In this document: positions 61,861 through 64,000 of the stretch, piece after piece
How positions within the stretch are numbered: the first letter of the stretch is position 1
Layout: each line of letters starts with the position of its first letter
The notes under the pieces: model-generated
What the model saw: the letters and a program-made list of their open reading frames with translations, nothing else
Told to the model about the DNA's origin: nothing
Database searches by the model: none
Assembly: GCA_964626665.1 (NCBI GenBank)
Contig: CAZVGK010000007.1
Location: forward strand, 39,533-103,532
From: an uncultured Gemmatimonadota bacterium
GTDB taxonomy: Bacteria > SM23-81 > DAOVCL01
DNA: 64,000 nucleotides
Reading direction: 5' to 3'
Position numbers and translations under genes: made by a program

Positions 61861-62135
61861 GTGGCCGTGCACCTGCTCTCGATCCCCTTCGCTGGAGGAA
61901 GAAAGGCCAGTTAGCTCCAGTTAGGTAAACCTACGGCACACGAAGGTAGATACTTACCGCTGCTACCTCCCGGTCCTGACGGAGTTGGGCATCACCCCCG
62001 TTGCGCAGGACCCAACCTTCATCACCACTTCTCCCCCTCCCCACCAGAGAAGTTGACCTCAAGCAAGGAATTAAACCCCGCTATAGCGGATTGCGGGTTA
62101 CAGGGCACCGCTGGCTCCCCGTCTAGCACGGCCAC
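61861..62135 (-). ncRNA. ffs: Large bacterial SRP RNA with Alu domain
   Basis: Minus strand GCCGTGCTAGACGGGGAG..CGGTGCCCTGTAACCCGCAATCCGCTATAGCGGGG; core CCGTCAGGACCGGGAGGTAGCAGCGG; ends pair (GTGCACGGCC); upstream of dnaX. Confidence 0.95.
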
Positions 62136-62163
62136 ATATCCTTAATGTTCCCAAAGTGATAAT

Positions 62164-62239
62164 TGGTGGAGCAGAGCGGGATCGAACCGCCGACCTCATC
62201 CGTGCGAGGGATGCGCTCTCCCAGCTGAGCTACTGCCCC
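62164..62239 (-). tRNA. tRNA-Ala (CGC)
   Basis: 76-nt cloverleaf; anticodon arm CATCC-CTCGCAC-GGATG; G3:U70; GGTTCGATCC; encoded CCA. Confidence 0.96.
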
Positions 62240-62392
62240 ATCTTTTCAATGCTTATCTCCAGCCCTTAGAGAAATTCCCTTAAAGGAAGGCCCAGAGGCC
62301 CCCCTGACTATAAGGCTAATACGGAAACTTATAGCTCCAGACCAACTGGACTATAGCCTCCAAACCCACAGAATTTATCCCCCTGACGGTTT

Positions 62393-62420
62393 AATATAAC
62401 CACCCTTCCCCCTCAGTCAA
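62393..62420 (-). promoter_or_regulatory. Putative sigma70 promoter for tRNA-ffs-dnaX
   Basis: Minus strand TTGACT-N16-TATATT. Confidence 0.55.
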
Positions 62421-62456
62421 GGGAAATTTAGCCCTCTCCTCATTTGGGATAAAAGG

Positions 62457-62484
62457 TTGACATCGGAGACAAAGTAGGTATATT
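62457..62484 (+). promoter_or_regulatory. Putative sigma70 promoter toward the methyltransferase gene
   Basis: TTGACA-N16-TATATT. Confidence 0.55.
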
Positions 62485-62770
62485 ACAGGTACTGGGATAG
62501 GCATCCCCTACATCAGGCAATTAGATTGGTAGGGTATCATTAGCCCAATATTCAGGTCACATTACAGTTTGCACATTGGTATTCCATTGGTCATTGCAAG
62601 GAGCACTTCGCTATTGCTCAGCACAAGCTCCGCGAGGAAGCAATCTCATAGTCTGAAACTCCCATCCAGAGGCTTGGATTGTTTTGCTGCGCTGGCCACG
62701 ACATCTAATCTGTTTAGTGACCTCGATAGTATAGAAATGCTCAATGGTTAATATGAATTGGTGAAAAAAT

Positions 62771-63946
62771 ATGACTAAAGAACAAAAATTCTACAGTGCA
62801 TTGAAGGATATATTCGTGGGGGCAAAAGTCGAGGGAGAATCGGGGTATATCAAGTTGATGAGGGTTAAATCGAGATATTATGAGAAGGGTATTTTCCCAA
62901 AGCTTCAGAGGGATATAGATGAAGCGTTAAAGCCATTTCCAAAATTCGGGGAAGAGCTTTTTGATAAACTTTACACCTTTTTCCGTAGATATTTCAGCGA
63001 AAGCGGCGCGATTTATTTTAGATATACCCCTATTCATCAGAACGTTTATGAAAAAGTCTATACCGATGACAAAGATGTTATTCTATTCTGGAAAACCCAC
63101 ATGCTTTATTATGTTAAAACTGACAGATTGTTTAAGAATTTAGAAGTAGAAATAGATAACTTCAAATTCTTCTTTGATGTTTCTACACTTGAATATAAAA
63201 AAGCAAATGAGAAGCGAGCAATTGTTTATGAGTTTAAAGAGAAAAGGAAAGATGGAACAGTTGTTTTTAATGTCTCCTATTCTGAAAGGGGGAAGAAGAC
63301 AAAAATCGTTGATATTTTGAGGACATTGAAAAATGAGGGAGTAGAGATAACCGAAGATATTTTGGAAAAGGCGTTCAGAGTTTTCGAAAGGCAGAGCGAG
63401 GTAGATTACTTTATAAACAAGAATACAAAGGGGTTTTTGAGGGAACAGTTTAATATCTGGTTATACCAATATGTTTTCTCTGGAGAGAGTGAATGGACAG
63501 AGAGGAGGATAAAACAATTACAAGTATTAAAAGACATAGCCTTTAAGATAATAGATTTCATCTCTCAATTTGAAGATGAGCTTGTGAAAATCTGGAATAA
63601 GCCGAAATTTGCCTTGAACTCAAACTATGTGATAACTCTGGACAGAATTGTCTCTGCCTGTCATTCCGAGCGAAGCGAGGAATCTCTTAAAATTACGGAA
63701 AAGATTTTAAAACATAAGAATTTTGATGAGCAGGTCAAAGAATGGAAGGAATTAGGAATTGTTGATAAAGACTTCAATTCCTCTGTCATTGCGAGTGAAA
63801 CGAAGCAATCTCTTGTACTGAACAAAAAATATCAACATCTACCAATTGATACAAGATACTTCAAGGATTTAGAACTTGATATTCTTGGGGTGTTTGATGA
63901 TCTGGACTCTTGCTTAGATGGTTGGCTGATAAAAAGCGAAAATTAG
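62771..63946 (+). pseudogene. Type III restriction-modification Mod-like methyltransferase, N-terminal part only
   Basis: Low GC; FWKTHMLYYVKTD, VDYFINKN, QFEDELVKIWNKPKF, LPIDT, GWLIKSEN then TAG where the catalytic domain (DPPY/F) should begin. Confidence 0.7.
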
Positions 63947-64000
63947 GTGGCGTAGTCAAAATTGTTGCTAAACAGATCTTTGAAAGTCAGAATCTTTAGG

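Overview
64-kb chromosomal segment of a diderm (LPS-making) bacterium, probably an uncultured FCB-related lineage (inferred from the SecA insertion, a DUF4175-like protein, TSP3-OmpA proteins and lpxK/lptG). Core genes: lpxK, holA, an Nth-like glycosylase, mazG, alr, deoB, cdd, lptG, secA, dnaX-ybaB, large SRP RNA and tRNA-Ala(CGC). Other loci: an outer-membrane cluster with two beta-barrel/TSP3/OmpA proteins, two trehalose loci, a UvrD-nuclease/Mre11/Rad50/GGDEF run, an APC permease-PTS EIIA fusion and a truncated type III R-M methyltransferase. The most striking property is the intergenic DNA. Almost every spacer is a nested mosaic of many families of short palindromic REP/MITE-like elements. 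One insertion has a clean 4-bp target duplication, one has an empty-site control, one composite module recurs at three loci, and two elements sit in frame inside a protein. Among the repeats are decayed integron-type toxin-antitoxin cassettes with attC-like sites, RAYT transposase relics and a Cdc6/Orc1-like relic. I saw no CRISPR array, intact transposase, integrase or rRNA. All calls come from reading motifs by eye; no database searches were run.
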